Under the pieces are notes generated by a model. The model ran no database searches. It was not told where the DNA came from and was given only the letters and a program-made list of their open reading frames with translations. From NCBI RefSeq assembly GCF_032444005.1, contig NC_091285.1, forward strand, positions 12,958,001 to 13,022,000: 64,000 nt of DNA, given 5' to 3'. Of the stretch, positions 49,146 through 63,932 are shown in pieces (position 1 is the stretch's first letter; each line of letters starts with the position of its first letter). Origin of the DNA: Ranitomeya imitator (taxonomy: Eukaryota). Made by a program: the position numbers and the translations under genes.

Positions 49146-49775
49146 AGGGAACCTGTTACCCCGAAAATCGCAGGTGAGGTAAGCCCACCGGCATCAGGGG
49201 CTTATCTACAGCATTCTGTAATGCTGTAGATAAGCCCCCGATGTTACCTGAAAGAGGAGAAAAAGACGTTATATTATACTCACCCAGGGGCGGTCCCGCT
49301 GCTGGTCAGGTCAGATGGGCGTCTCTGGTCCGCTGCGGCGCCTCCCATCTTCATTACAAGACGTCCTCTTCTGATCTTCAGCCATGGCTCCGGCGCAGGC
49401 GTACTTTGCTCTGCCCTGTTGAGGGCAAAGTACTGCAGTGCGCAGGCGCCGGGCCTCTGACCTTTCCGGCGCCTGCGCACTGCAGTACTATCCTCTGCCC
49501 TCAAGAGGGCAGAGCAAAGTACGCCTGCGCCGGAGCCGTGGCTGAAGATCAGAAGAGGACGTCTTGTAATGAAGATGGGAGGCGCCGCAGCGGACCAGAC
49601 ACCCATCCGACCTGACCAGCAGCGGGACCGCCCCTGGGTGAGTATAATATAACGTCTTTTTCTCATCTTTCAGGTAACATCGGGGGCTTATCTACAGCAT
49701 TACAGAATGCTGTAGATTAGCCCCTGATGCCGGTGGGCTTACCTCACCCGCGATTTTCGGGGTGACAGGTTCCCT
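49146..49775. mobile_element. Intact palindromic T2/Kolobok-type MITE
   Basis: TTAA|AGGGAACCTG ... CAGGTTCCCT|TTAA; near-perfect 630-bp palindrome. Confidence 0.9.
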
Positions 49776-50039
49776 TTAATCTCCTTCCCATCCACAAGGT
49801 CAATAATAAAGAGATTAGTGTCAGACTACAGAACAGAAGGACTTGGGTGTTCTGGTTACAAGTAAGCGGAGCAGCAGTACTGTCAGGCAGCTGCAGCAAA
49901 CAAGATTTTAGCGTTTATAAAAAGACAAAATCCTTTGATCCCAATAGATTTGTGGCCTCAAGTTATTTATAGAGGCATAACATCCAAAATAAGGGATCCA
50001 GTTTAGGCTCCATATTTGAACAATTATATTATGACATGT

Positions 50040-51900
50040 ACATCATTCCCTGAGACCTGCAAACAGACATGTGCTGGGGTTGGCATACTCCTGTCCCCAC
50101 AAGGAGCACTGCCAGGGCCCTGCAAAATGACCTCCAGCAGGCCACAAATGTGCATGTGTCTGCACAAACGGTTAGAAACCGACTCCATGAGGATGGTCTG
50201 AGTGCCCGACGTCCACAGATGGGGTTGTGCTCACAGCCCAACACCGTGCAGGACGCTTGGCATTTGCCACAGAACACCAGGTTTGGCAAATTCGCCACTG
50301 GCGCCCTGTGCTCTTCACAGATGAAAGCAGGTTCACACTGAGCACATGTGACAGACTTGACAGTCTGGAGACACCGTGGAGAGCGATCTGCTGCCTACAA
50401 TATCCTTCAGCATGACTGGTTTGGCAGTGGATAAGTAATATTGTGGGGTGGCATTTCTTGAACATGGGCCGCACAGCCCTCCATGTACTCGCCAGAGGTA
50501 GCCTGACTGCCATTAGGTACAGAGATGAGATCCTCAGACCTCTTGTGAGACCATATTCTGGTGCGGTTGGCCCTGGGTTCCTCCTAATGCAGGACAATGC
50601 TAGGCCTCATGTGGCTGGAGTGTCAGCAGTCCCTACAAGATGAAGGCATTGAAGCTATGGACTGGCCGCCCGTTCCCCAGACCTGAATCCGATTGAACAC
50701 ATCTGGGACATCATGTCTTGCACCATCCACCAACGTCTGTTAGGACTGGCGGAACACACCAAGTATAAGGTGAAATAATATAGGTTCGTTCGCAGTCCGG
50801 AGTCCACCGTGCAGGTGAAAACCTGCTGCTAGTAAATGGCAGCGCTATATGGCGGTGGAAGCGAACCCTGTTAAGCCACAGGACCGCAATACCGCACTAA
50901 TGAGTGCAAGCAAGGAGTCGGCGAACTCAGTCCCAAGACTCAGGGTAGAAGTCCGTTCTGACTACTTGCGCACAACACCACAACTGGGTGTAATAAGCAA
51001 CTGAGACAAATAGTTTAAGAGCACCGAAGTGTGAACTGTGCCATGCTGGCAGACACCACTAAACACCCGGACGTGGGTAGGAAGCGCACTACTGGCGCCG
51101 CACTGGCAGTCACAGCTATGGACGCTGATTCGTGTGTAACACGTTGTGAGGATAGTCGGGTGCTAGACAGCAGCCATACAATAGGGTAGGGTATCCAAGG
51201 ACGACTTGCACTCATCAACAAACACACGTATACAATTGTACACTAGCGCATGGCCGTGCGGTCATACAAAGCTTATATAGCTGCAGCACGTATAGGACTT
51301 TCCAAAAAAGGACCAATGGGAAGCTGCCACATAAGTTTAGCACTTTCAGGACCTTCCAGGAGGACCAATGGGAACTGCTGCAGCATCTGAGCATGTGACC
51401 CTTGATCTCCAACGGGAGATCTCACCCTGGGCATGCTCAGAAGGGAAAAAGCAGGACTTCGTCCCAAAAGTGTCCGTTCGCCTCTGCAGCACTGGCTTTA
51501 ATGGCAAAAGCTGGAAAACAAGCCTAAGCACAGAGTGAGACTGAGCCAGATGCAAGGACCGATGTCTCCGCCGAGCAGGTTCCACTGCAGCAGGAGAAGA
51601 ATGGGAGACCGCAGCAGAAATGGCCCGAGATTCCCCATGTGCATAAGCAGGAACTCGACCCCTAACAACGTCACGTTGCACCACAGACTGTCCAGGAGTT
51701 GGAGGATACTTTAGTCCAGGTCTGAGAGGAGATCCCTCAGATCATCTGCCGTTTCATCAGGAGCATGCCCAGGCGTTGTTGTGTGGTCATACAGGCACAT
51801 GGAGGCCACACACTACTGAGCATCATTTCCTTGTCTTGAGGCATTTCCACTCTGATTTTGAGCATCATTCCAACTCCAGACCTCCGTGGGATATTAGTTG
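50040..51900 (+). pseudogene. Second Tc1-family transposon, degenerate, interrupted by a solo LTR
   Basis: VLFTDESRF, MQDNARPH and PDLNPIEHIWD motifs spread over shifted frames. Confidence 0.8.
50738..51667. mobile_element. Solo LTR (930 bp)
   Basis: TGTTAGG...CCCTAACA; 5-bp TSD ACGTC (50733-37, 51668-72). Confidence 0.9.
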
Positions 51901-52051
51901 TAATTTGAGCCATCATTGTAAATAAGCCCCTGTACTTTACCTGTGTCACTACATGTAGGAATACAGTAGTATTTTCAGTGTATACAATACAGCAGTACAT
52001 GGTGTAGACTGCTCAATATGGAGGGGGCAGATCACTATTTTTGGGTATTAA

Positions 52052-53300
52052 CCCCTTTCTGCCAGCTGACGGAATAGTACGTCAGCTGGCAGATCCCCTG
52101 CTTTGAGGTGGGCTCCGGCGGTGAGCCCACCTCAAAGCCGCGACATGTCAGCTGTTTTGTACAGCTGACATGTGCGCGCAATGAGCGCGAGCGGAATCGC
52201 GATCCGCCCGCGCCCATTAACTAGTTAAATGCCGCCGTCAAGCGCTGACAGCGGCATTTAACTAGCGCTCGTACTCGCACTGCTGACCCCCGTCACATGA
52301 TCGGGGGTCAGCAGTGCATTTCCATAACAACCAGAGGTCTCCTTGAGACCTCTATGGTTGTTGATGGCCGATTGCTTTGAGCGCCACCCTGTGGTCGGCG
52401 TTCAAAGCAACCCTGCATTTCTGCTACATAGAGGTGATCTGTGAATCACCTCTATGTAGCAGAGGCGATCGAGTTGTGCATGCTTCTAGCCTCCTATGGA
52501 GGCTATTGAAGCATGCCAAAATTAAGAAAAAAAAGTGATTAAAAAAAAAAAAATATATAAAAGTTCAAATCACCCCCCTTTCGCCCCAATCAAAATAAAA
52601 CAATTAAAAAAAAAATCAAACACACATATTTGGTATCGCCGTGTTCAGAATCGCCCGATCTATCAATAAAAACAAAGGATTAACCTGACCGCTAAATGGC
52701 GTAGCGAGAAAAAAAATCAAAACGCCAAAATTACGTTTTTTTGGTCACCGCGACGTTGCATTAAAATGCAATAACGGGCGATCAAAAGAACGTATCTACA
52801 CCAAAACGATATCATTAAAAACGCCAGCTCGGCACGCAAAACATAAGCCCTCACCTGACCCCAGATCACGAAAATTGGAGACGCTACGGGTATCGGAAAA
52901 TCGCGCAATTTTTTTTTTTTTTTTAAGCAAACTTTGGAATTTTTTTTCACCACTTAGATAAAAAAAATAACCTAAACATGTTTGGTGTCTATGAACTCGT
53001 AATGACCTGGAGAATCATAATGTCAGATAAGTTTTAGCATTTGGTGATCCAGGGAAAAGAGCCAAACAAAAAAACAGTGTGGGATTGCACTTTTATTGCA
53101 ATTTCATCACACTTGGAATTTTTTTCCCGTTTTCTGTTACATGGCATGGTAAAACCAATGATATCGTTCAAAAGTACATCTCGTCCCGCAAAAAATAAGC
53201 CCTCACATGGCCATATTGACGGAAAATTAAAAAAGTTATGGCTCTGGGAAGGAGGGGAGCGAAAAATGAAAAAGCAGAAAAAGCTCCGGGGGTGAAGGGG
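52052..53300. mobile_element. TTAA-CCC...GGG-TTAA non-autonomous element (1.25 kb)
   Basis: TTAA TSD at 52048-51 and 53301-04. Confidence 0.8.
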
Positions 53301-53537
53301 TTAAGCATGAAATGAAGGATATATATTATATAGGGGTATATAGCACTATATGTATACAGCATTAAACAGATTTAGCAAGATATGGAGGGTATATAGCAGT
53401 AAATGGGGAGCATTAAGCACTACTTTGGTGTACACAGCACAGGAGTTTAGGGTTAAAGAGCCCTTATATGGCACTATATGTAGAGTATTTGGCACTCTGT
53501 AGACATACGGCACTATGAAGGGTAATCAGCACTATAT

Positions 53538-54641
53538 GTAACATAGTTAGTAAGGCCGAAAAAAGACATTTGTCCATCCAGTTCAGCCTATATTCCATCA
53601 TAATAAATCCCCAGATCTACGTCCTTCTACAGAACCTAATAATTGTATGATACAATATTGTTCTGCTCCAGGAAGACATCCAGGCCTCTCTTGAACCCCT
53701 CGACTGAGTTCGCCATCACCACCTCCTCAGGCAAGCAATTCCAGATTCTCACTGCCCTAACAGTAAAGAATCCTCTTCTATGTTGGTGGAAAAACCTTCT
53801 CTCCTCCAGATGCAAAGAATGCCCCCTTGTGCCCGTCACCTTCCTTGGTATAAACAGATCCTCAGCAAGATATTTGTATTGTCCCCTTATATACTTATAC
53901 ATGGTTATTAGATCGCCCCTCAGTCGTCTTTTTTCTAGACTAAATAATCCTAATTTCGCTAATCTATCTGGGTATTGTAGTTCTCCCATCCCCTTTATTA
54001 ATTTTGTTGCCCTCCTTTGTACTCTCTCTAGTTCCATTATATCCTTCCTGAGCACCGGTGCCCAAAACTGGACACAGTACTCCATGTGCGGTCTAACTAG
54101 GGATTTGTACAGAGGCAGTATAATGCTCTCATCATGTGTATCCAGACCTCTTTTAATGCACCCCATGATCCTGTTTGCCTTGGCAGCTGCTGCCTGGCAC
54201 TGGCTGCTCCAGGTAAGTTTATCATTAACTAGGATCCCCAAGTCCTTTTCCCTGTCAGATTTATCCAGTGGTTTCCCATTCAGTGTGTAATGTTGATATT
54301 GATTCCTTCTTCCCTTGTGTATAACCTTACATTTATCATTGTTAAACCTCATCTGCCACCTTTCAGCCCAAGTTTCCAACTTATCCAGATCCATCTGTAG
54401 CAGAATACTATCTTCTCTTGTATTAACTGCTTTACATAGTTTTGTATCATCTGCAAATATCGATATTTTACTGTGTAAACCTTCTACCAGATCATTAATG
54501 AATATGTTGAAGAGAACAGGTCCCAATACTGACCCCTGCGGTACCCCACTGGTCACAGCGACCCAGTTAGAGACTATACCATTTATAACCACCCTCTGCT
54601 TTCTATCACTAAGCCAGTTACTAACCCATTTACACACATTT
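53538..54641 (-). mobile_element. 5'-truncated CR1 LINE (C-terminal RT part of ORF2 + 3' tail)
   Basis: 333-codon open frame with VTSGVPQGSVLGP, FADDTKL and ERVQRRATK; 3' end aggctgaactggatggac...actatgtta typical of CR1. Confidence 0.9.
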
Positions 54642-54779
54642 TCACATACTGCACTATATATAGGTACAAAGCACTATGGCGTGTGTACTATAGCGGTATA
54701 CAGTACTGCACTGATGGTTTACTGCAGTATATGGAGATAAAGCAGCACAATATGATAAGGATTTCCAGACGTATATAGC

Positions 54780-55005
54780 ATTATATGGGGGTATAAAACA
54801 AGATATGGAGAGTATATAGCACTACATGGGGGTATACAGCAGGATATAGAGTATATAGCACTATATGGGGGCATACAGCAGGATATAGAGAGTATATAGC
54901 ACTATATGGGGGTATACAGCAGGATATAGAGTATATAGCACTATATGGGGGTATACAGCAGGATATGGAGTATATAGCACTATATGGGGGCATACAGCAG
55001 GATAT
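54780..55005. repeat. ~38-40-bp tandem repeat (gagtatatagcactatatgggggtatacagcaggatata)
   Basis: Five to six visible units. Confidence 0.88.
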
Positions 55006-55913
55006 AACCCTTTGCTCCCCTGACCAGTGATGATCTCAGTGATTTCTCTCGGTCTCACGCCGCCATTGTTCCGAGCAGGAGGTCATCGGGGAGGACTCGG
55101 GTCTGTGACTAGATGTAACGTCCTCGCGATAAAAGCGGGAAAATGACAGGAAAAAGTGCGGGAAATTCAAAATCCCCAACAGTTCTGTGCTCCGCCCACA
55201 TGTGAGGAGAAGCCGCGGCTCCTGCTGCTGGGGGAGGGGCTGGTGATCGCCCGGTGCCCGGATGGCTGCAGGCTGCTCTGCGGGAGCTGGAAACATCGGA
55301 CACTAAAGGGTTAAGTGTCTGCGGGGAAGTGACCCTGTAGGCGGAGCCATAGCCCTACTGAGTGCTGATTGGCTGAGCGCTGAATATGAAATTCCCGCCC
55401 AACGCCCTTCGTTCTCCTCAGTAACACGTGGTGTCATGGCGGCAGCTCCTGACAGACTGAGTGGATCTTGTAGATTCCTCACTATGTGACAGTGTATACA
55501 GCATATGGCGGTATATACCGCGCTATATGGGGGTTTTATCCCAATATATTTTACGCCCTCATCTAGTGCTATTAATTCCACAGCGTTAGACACGTTTTCA
55601 TCAATGTGCACATTAGGGATCACACTATTCCTCAGCATTAAAGCTTTTTGTGAGAAAAACCAGGTAATGACGGGGAGAACATACAAACTCCTTGCAGATG
55701 TTCTTGGTGGGATTTACTCCCCGGACGCCAGCACTGTATGGAGGCTACACAGCACAGAATAGGGATATTTCACCCCTGCACAAAGTGGCTGGATAACACT
55801 AACATAATAGGGATCTACCCAGTGTACACCCCTCATACATAGTCAACCGTACAACATATGTACACATCACAGCAGAGATCAGCGGCGTCAGCTCTTGTGG
55901 TGACGGTGTGGGT

Positions 55914-55929
55914 GGCTCTTAGAAGAGCC
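55914..55929 (-). terminator. Histone 3' stem-loop of H2A copy 2
   Basis: Minus strand GGCTCTTCTAAGAGCC. Confidence 0.92.
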
Positions 55930-55963
55930 TTTGGGTTGTGTGGATAGATGGGATCAGTGTCGC

Positions 55964-56610
<647 letters not shown>

Positions 56611-56649
56611 CTCTGGGAAGAGCAGGATCATTATTTTCTTTTCCAGTGA

Positions 56650-57054
<405 letters not shown>

Positions 57055-57085
57055 TCTGCTCCGTGCTCTGCACCCACAACCCAAA

Positions 57086-57101
57086 GGCTCTTCTAAGAGC
57101 C
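57086..57101 (+). terminator. Histone 3' stem-loop of H2B copy 2
   Basis: GGCTCTTCTAAGAGCC. Confidence 0.92.
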
Positions 57102-57748
57102 ACCCACCCCGTCTACATCAGAGCTGTGGCTGCTTTTCTACTCCTTTCAATGGGGAACATGTGGCTGCACTGACCGTCATCTCATTAGTTCAGAGGCTCC
57201 GACGAGGGTCTGTTTCTGTCCTTAGAGCACAAGTTGGGATGGAGATTAGAGGAAGGTGATATAAAGATGGGGAGAATGATGATGTTGATAGTGGTCTATA
57301 GAGCGGATGTGGAATGCTGGGAATGGTCTGGCCATAAAGGGGCAGATGCCGGCCACCATTAATGCCCTATTGCACTTCACTGGATCCTGTTCTCCCAGAG
57401 TGCGGAGTCCTAGTTCTCTGGTTACGTTGTTCTGCTGACAATAGGTGGAGATTGGCTGTGTAAGGACTTTCAGTGTTAGTGATGTTTCCAGCAGTTTCTA
57501 TTAAATCTCATTGGAGCTCTGTGTGTTCTCGCTGATATTCCTGATATTACACACCCTCTGCTCTGCAAACAGCTGAAGGCACAGGGTCAATAAGCTCCTA
57601 AAGAATGATCTATTTGTAGGTCTGAATCTCACATTAATGGAGCAGTAGTGTCTTGACACAGGCGCTGCTGCTACGTGAGCAGAGCACAATACGGAGGGTA
57701 TAAAGCACTTTGAGGGTTTATAGCACTACATGGAGGAATACAGTAGTA

Positions 57749-57800
57749 TATAATAATTTACATAGCGCCAACATATTCCGCAGCGCTTTACAGTTTAACA
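57749..57800 (-). mobile_element. L2 LINE 3' tail fragment
   Basis: Minus strand tgtaaagcgctgcggaatatgttggcgctatgtaaattattat, a typical L2 terminus. Confidence 0.55.
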
Positions 57801-58108
57801 GTTTCAAACACAATTTCAAACACAACAGTCATAAGTAACAACGTTAACAAGAATACAATAATTGGAGCAAAATAAAAAATGGAGGTTATACACCACTATG
57901 TAGATGGTGAGAATACAGCACTATAATCATACCTCCCAACTTTTGAAGTTGGGAAAGAGGGACAAAGTTTGCGGCGCGCAACGCAAATTTTAGGCCACGC
58001 CTCTGACCACACCCATTCACTAGTCACACCCATATCCACGTCCCAACCACACCCATTTAGCACTGCTGATCACACTGTTCATAAAGAATAATTATAAACA
58101 AAAAAATA

Positions 58109-59460
58109 TGGCCACACTGCTCCATACTGTATAATGGCCACACAGTGCTCCATACTGTATAATGGCCACACATGATGCTCCATACTGTATAATGGCCACA
58201 CATGATGCTCAATACTGTATAATGGCCACACATGATGCTCAATACTGTATAATGGCAGCACATGATGCTCCATACTGTATAATGGCCACACATGATGCTC
58301 CATACTGTATAATGGCCACACATGATGCTCCATACTGTATAATGGCCACACATGATGCTCCATACTGTATAATGGCCACACATGATGCTCCATACTGTAT
58401 AATGGCCACACATGATGCTCCATACTGTATAATGACCGCACAGGATGCTCCATACTGTATAATGGCCACACATGATGCTCCATACTGTATAATGGCCCCA
58501 CATGATGCTCAATACTGTATAATGGCAGCACATGATGCTCCATTCTGTATAATGGCCACACATGATGCTCCATACTGTATAATGGCCACACATGATGCTC
58601 CATACTGTATAATGGCCACACATGATGCTCCATACTGTATAATGACCGCACAGGATGCTCCATACTGTATAATGGCCCCACATGATGCTCAATACTGTAT
58701 AATGGCAGCACATGATGCTCAATACTGTATAATGGCCACACATGATGCTCCATACTGTATAATGGCCACACATGATGCTGCATACTGTATAATGGCCACA
58801 CATGATGCTCCATACTGTATAATGACCGCACAGGATGCTCCATACTGTATAATGACCGCACATGATGCTCCATACTGTATAATGGCCACACATGATGCTC
58901 AATACTGTATAATGGCAGCACATGATGCTCAATACTGTATAATGACCACACATGATGCTCCATACTGTATAATGGCCACACATGATGCTCAATACTGTAT
59001 AATGACCGCACATGATGCTCAATACTGTATAATGGCCACACATGATGCTCCATACTGTATAATGGCCACACATGATGCTCAATACTGTATAATGACCACA
59101 CATGATGCTCCATACTGTATAATGGCCACACATGATGCTCAATACTGTATATTGGCTTCACATGATGCTCCATACTGTATATTGGCTGCACATGATGCTC
59201 CATACTGTATAATGACCGCTCATAATGCTCCATACTGTATAATGGCCGCACATGATGCTCCATACTGTATAATGACCGCACAGGATGCTCCATACTGTAT
59301 AATGACCGCACATGATGCTCCATACTGTATAATGGCCACACATGATGCTCCATACTGTATAATGGCCACACATGATGCTCCATACTGTATAATGGCCCCA
59401 CATGATGCTCAATACTGTATATTGGCCGCACATGATACTTCGTATCGTATAATGGCCACG
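58109..59460. repeat. 30-bp satellite (catgatgctccatactgtataatggccaca), ~45 copies
   Basis: Highly regular units. Confidence 0.97.
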
Positions 59461-59479
59461 CATAGCTACTCCTACACTT

Positions 59480-61805
59480 TGCAGACACGGCTCCGCTCCG
59501 TACACACGGCTCCACTCCATACATCTCATACACACACGGCTCCGCTCCGTACACCTCGTACACATTCAGCTCCGCTCCGTACACCTCGTAAACATTCAGC
59601 TCCGCTCCATACACCTCATACACGGCTCCGCTCCATACACCTCATACACACACGGCTGCGCTCCATACATCTCATACACATTGCACTACTCCGTACACCT
59701 CATACACACACCGCTCCGCTCCATACACATTGCACATGCTGCTCCGCTCCGTATACCTTCTACACACACGGCTCCGCTGCGTACACATACGGCTCCTCTC
59801 CATACATCTCATACACACACGGCTCTGCTCTATACACATTGCACACGCTGCTCTGCTCCGTATACCTTGTACATGCATGACTCTGCTCCGCACACCTCGT
59901 ACACACGTGGCTCTGCTCTGTACACCTCGTACACACATGGCTCCGCTCCGTACACCTCGTACACACGTGGCTCCGCTCCATACACCTTTCACACTCTGCT
60001 CTGATCCGCACACCTCTTACACACACGACTCCGCTCCATACACCTTTCACACGCTGCTCCGCTCCGTACACCTCGTACACACGCGGCTGTGCTCCGTACA
60101 CCTCTTACACACGACTCCGCTCCGTACATCTTTCACATGCTGCTCCGCTCCGTACACCTCGTACACACGCGGCTGTGCTTCGTACACCTCGTACACATGC
60201 GGCTGTGCTCCGTACACGTCGTCCACACGCGCCTGTGCTCTGTACACCTCGTACACATGCGGCTGTGCTCCGTACACCTCGTACACACGGCTCCGTACAC
60301 CTCTTACACACGACTCCGCTCCGTACACCTTTCACATGCTGCTCCGCTACGTACACCTCGTACACATGCGGCTGTGCTCCGTACACCTCGTACACACGGC
60401 TCCGTACACCTCTTACACACGACTCCGCTCCGTACACCTTTCACATGCTGCTCCGCTCCGTACACCTCATGCACACACGCGGCTGTGCTCTGTACACACG
60501 ACTCTGCTCAGTACACCTCGTACACACGACTCTGCTCTGTACACCTTTCACATGTTGCTCTGCTCCGTACACCTCGTACACACGGCTGTGCTCTGTACAC
60601 CTCGTACACACAACTCTGCTCAGTACACCTTTCACATGCTGCTCCGCACACCTCGTACACACGCGGCCGTGCTCCGTACACCTCATACACACGCGGCTGT
60701 GCTCCGTACACACGCGGCTGTGCTCCGTACACACGCGGCTGTGCTCCGTACACTTCGTACACACGCGGCTGTGCTCCGTACACCTCGTACACACGCGGCT
60801 GTGCTCCGTACACCTCGTACACACGCGGCTGTGCTCCGTACACCTCGTACACACGCGGCTGTGCTCCGTACACCTCGTACACACGCGGCTGTGCTCCGTA
60901 CACCTCGTACACACGACTCCGCTCCGTACACCTCGTACACACGACTCCGCTCCGTACACCTCGTACACACGACTCCGCTCCGTACACCTCGTACACACGA
61001 CTCCGCTCCGTACACCTCGTACACACGACTCCGCTCCGTACACCTCGTACACACGACTCCGCTCCATACACCTCGTACACACGACTCCACTCCGTACACC
61101 TCGTACACACGACTCCGCTCCATTCACCTCGTACACACGACTCCGCTCCGTACACCTCGTACACACGACTCGTACACACGACTCCGCTCCGTATACCTCG
61201 TACACACGCGGCTGTGCTCCGTACACCTCGTACTCACGACTCTGCTCCGTACACCTTTCACATGCTGCTCCGCTCCGTACACCTCGTACACACGCGGTTG
61301 TGCTCCGTACACCTCGCACACACGCGGCTGTGCTCCGTACACACGACTCCGCTCACCTTTCACATGCTGCTCTGCTCCGTACACCTTTCACGTGCTGCTC
61401 TGCTCCGTACACACGCGACTGTGCTCCGTACACCTCGTACACACGACTCCGCTCTGTACACCTCGTACACACGCGGCTGTACTCCGTACACCTCGTACAC
61501 ATGGCTCCGTACACCTCTTACACACGACTCTGCTCCGTACACCTTTCACAGTAGGAGGTGCACCGAGCGGAGCCACGTGTGTACGAGGTGTACCAAACAG
61601 AGCCGCGTGCGTGTGTGAGGTGTACCAAGCGGAGCCGCGTGTGTGTATGAGGTGCACCGAGCGGAGCTGCGTGTGTGTGTATACACGAGGTGAACCGAGC
61701 GGAGCCGCGTGTGTGTACGAGGTGCACCGAGCAGAGCCGCGTGTGTGTGTCTGTGTACGAAGTGTACCGAGCGGAGCCTCAGCCGCGTGTGTGTACCGAG
61801 TGGAG
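59480..61805. repeat. CA/CG-rich minisatellite (ctccgtacacctcgtacacacg...), last ~250 bp inverted
   Basis: Units visible directly; strand switch at ~61550. Confidence 0.92.
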
Positions 61806-62430
61806 CTGCAGCTTGTAATTAGCACATGATGATACAGTGACTGACTGTCATAGGGGCTTAGGCTTAGCACTTTTATGCCTGGGGAAAAAAAGCAGCCACA
61901 TTGATGTGTTGTCACTATCTCCCAGGGAGCTGCAGCTGCTCCTCCTCCACAATGCACTGGACGGAGTGAGTCATCTCTGTGACATCCACTACTCACTGAT
62001 CTGCATCTGTCAGTCCACTCATGGTCTGCTGCTTACATTGCCCCCGGCACCCAGGCTGTGTCCGGATGTGTTATGTCACCTCAGGTGTCCTCTCTCTCTG
62101 AACTGTGAGGCACACTGGAAGACTCAGGAACGTACCGATGGGGAAGGGGCGTGGCCTAACAAAAGGGGGCGTGACAGCAGCTTCTCCTGTTCTGTCTGCA
62201 GGACGCTCTGCGTCCCGTGCAGGACAGCCGGGACAAGCATGAAATCCGGGAAAGTCCCGCACAATGAGGGACGGTTGGGAGGTATGGCGTATGCTATAAT
62301 TGACAGACTGATCTGCAGATCTGGTTCTCACATTGTAATCACTCCGAGCAGGAGGTCACTGGGGAGAGGAATCGGGTTTCTGACTATTTTTAGGGTCATC
62401 ATGGTAGAAGCTGGAAAAAAAACAAAATAA

Positions 62431-62580
62431 GCGGGAAATTCAAATTCACTAACAGTTCTGTGCTTGGCCAATCAGCAGAGGAAGGGGCGGAGCTAACTAT
62501 GCTATTTAATTTACATCCCTGCCAATGAAACGTGTCATCGCTGCAGTTCTCTTTCTGGTCCACTCACGGACTATATAAAT
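62431..62580 (+). promoter_or_regulatory. Histone H4 promoter
   Basis: GCGGGAAA (E2F-like), CCAAT, GGGGCGGAG, CTGGTCC (H4 site II-like), TATATAAAT at ~62572-62580. Confidence 0.75.
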
Positions 62581-62617
62581 GAGGACTGAGCACTCATTAG
62601 TCATAGCTTTCTGCTGA

Positions 62618-62929
<312 letters not shown>

Positions 62930-62954
62930 GGTCTCTGTTCTGCTAAAACACAAA

Positions 62955-62970
62955 GGCTCTTCTAAGAGCC
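62955..62970 (+). terminator. Histone 3' stem-loop of H4
   Basis: caaa-GGCTCTTCTAAGAGCC-cccc. Confidence 0.9.
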
Positions 62971-63611
62971 CCCCACATCTTCTGAGGAGAAGCTACAGCT
63001 GCCGGGGCGGAGGGGAAGGGGCTGCTGATAGCACTGTGCTGGGATGACTGCAGCTGGGAACATTGCAGGCTCTAATGGGTTAACACTGAGGGTCTTGGGG
63101 GTTAAGGAATCTGGTGCTGTGTGGGGGTGGATCCATAGTACTATTTGGTGTTCATGTGTTGTATACTGCAATATTTGGGGAAGAACAGAATATCAGGAAT
63201 ATACAGCGCTATATGGAGGGTATACAGCACAGTGTGGAAAGCGTATAGGCATCAATAGCACAATTTGTGTATCCGGCACTAGATGAACGGGATTGTGAAG
63301 GAAACCATTTTGTAATCCACCTTGTTCCCTGAATTAACCATGTACATGGACTTTACTCCAAGCATCTCCCAACCTTGAAGAACAAGTTCTGGACTCTGTA
63401 TGACGGCAGGCCATATCCATTGTGCTTGTCAGGATCACCCTGAACACTTACAATTAATTTGCATACTTGTCTATATAATCCTGGGTGAGTCTAAATAAGC
63501 AGAAATTTACATTATGCGCAAAATAATAGAAAAAAGCTGAATCCTCACAATAGCCTTTATTTCCATATATACAGAGGCGCTGGGAGCTGCACACTCAATT
63601 CCAAATGAAAA

Positions 63612-63735
63612 CCTAGATAGATAAACATATCTATAGATAGATATATCTATGTATAGATAGATATCTCTATAGATATAGATCTATCTATATCCATCTGTCA
63701 ATTGAATCTATATCTAAATCTATCTATCGATAGAA
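63612..63735. repeat. Degenerate (TAGA/TATC)n microsatellite
   Basis: Visible directly. Confidence 0.75.
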
Positions 63736-63748
63736 AAAATCTGCTTTA

Positions 63749-63932
63749 GGCCGAGGTCACAATTTACGAGAAACTTGCACACGTCTCGCACCTCAATACC
63801 CGGTACTTGGACAGGAGCGTCCAGCTGCATAGAAATACATGGAGCCGCACAGTCCGGTGCAGAGTGCCAGTTGCAGTGTTGGGTATTGAGGCGAGAGACT
63901 CGTGCAAGTGTCTCGCAAGTGTGACCCCGGCC
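63749..63932. mobile_element. PIF/Harbinger-like MITE
   Basis: TTA|GGCCGAGGTCACA ... TGTGACCCCGGCC|TGA. Confidence 0.65.

Larger units (their letters stand above)
57928..62286. mobile_element. Satellite-filled TIR element (hAT-like), 4.36 kb
   Basis: TIR CATACCTCCCAAC / GTTGGGAGGTATG; CTATAAT on both flanks (right copy offset by 7 extra nt). Confidence 0.6.

Noticed and set aside
55022-55080. TGATGA as a box C/D snoRNA
   Set aside because: No box D CTGA at a suitable distance and no terminal stem.
58109-59460. CRISPR-like regular repeats
   Set aside because: Contiguous tandem units without unique spacers, in a vertebrate context.
58057-61829. Very long ORFs (361-699 aa) in several frames
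   Set aside because: They are translations of the 30-bp and CA-rich satellites; stop-free frames arise from the repeat unit and have no domain content.
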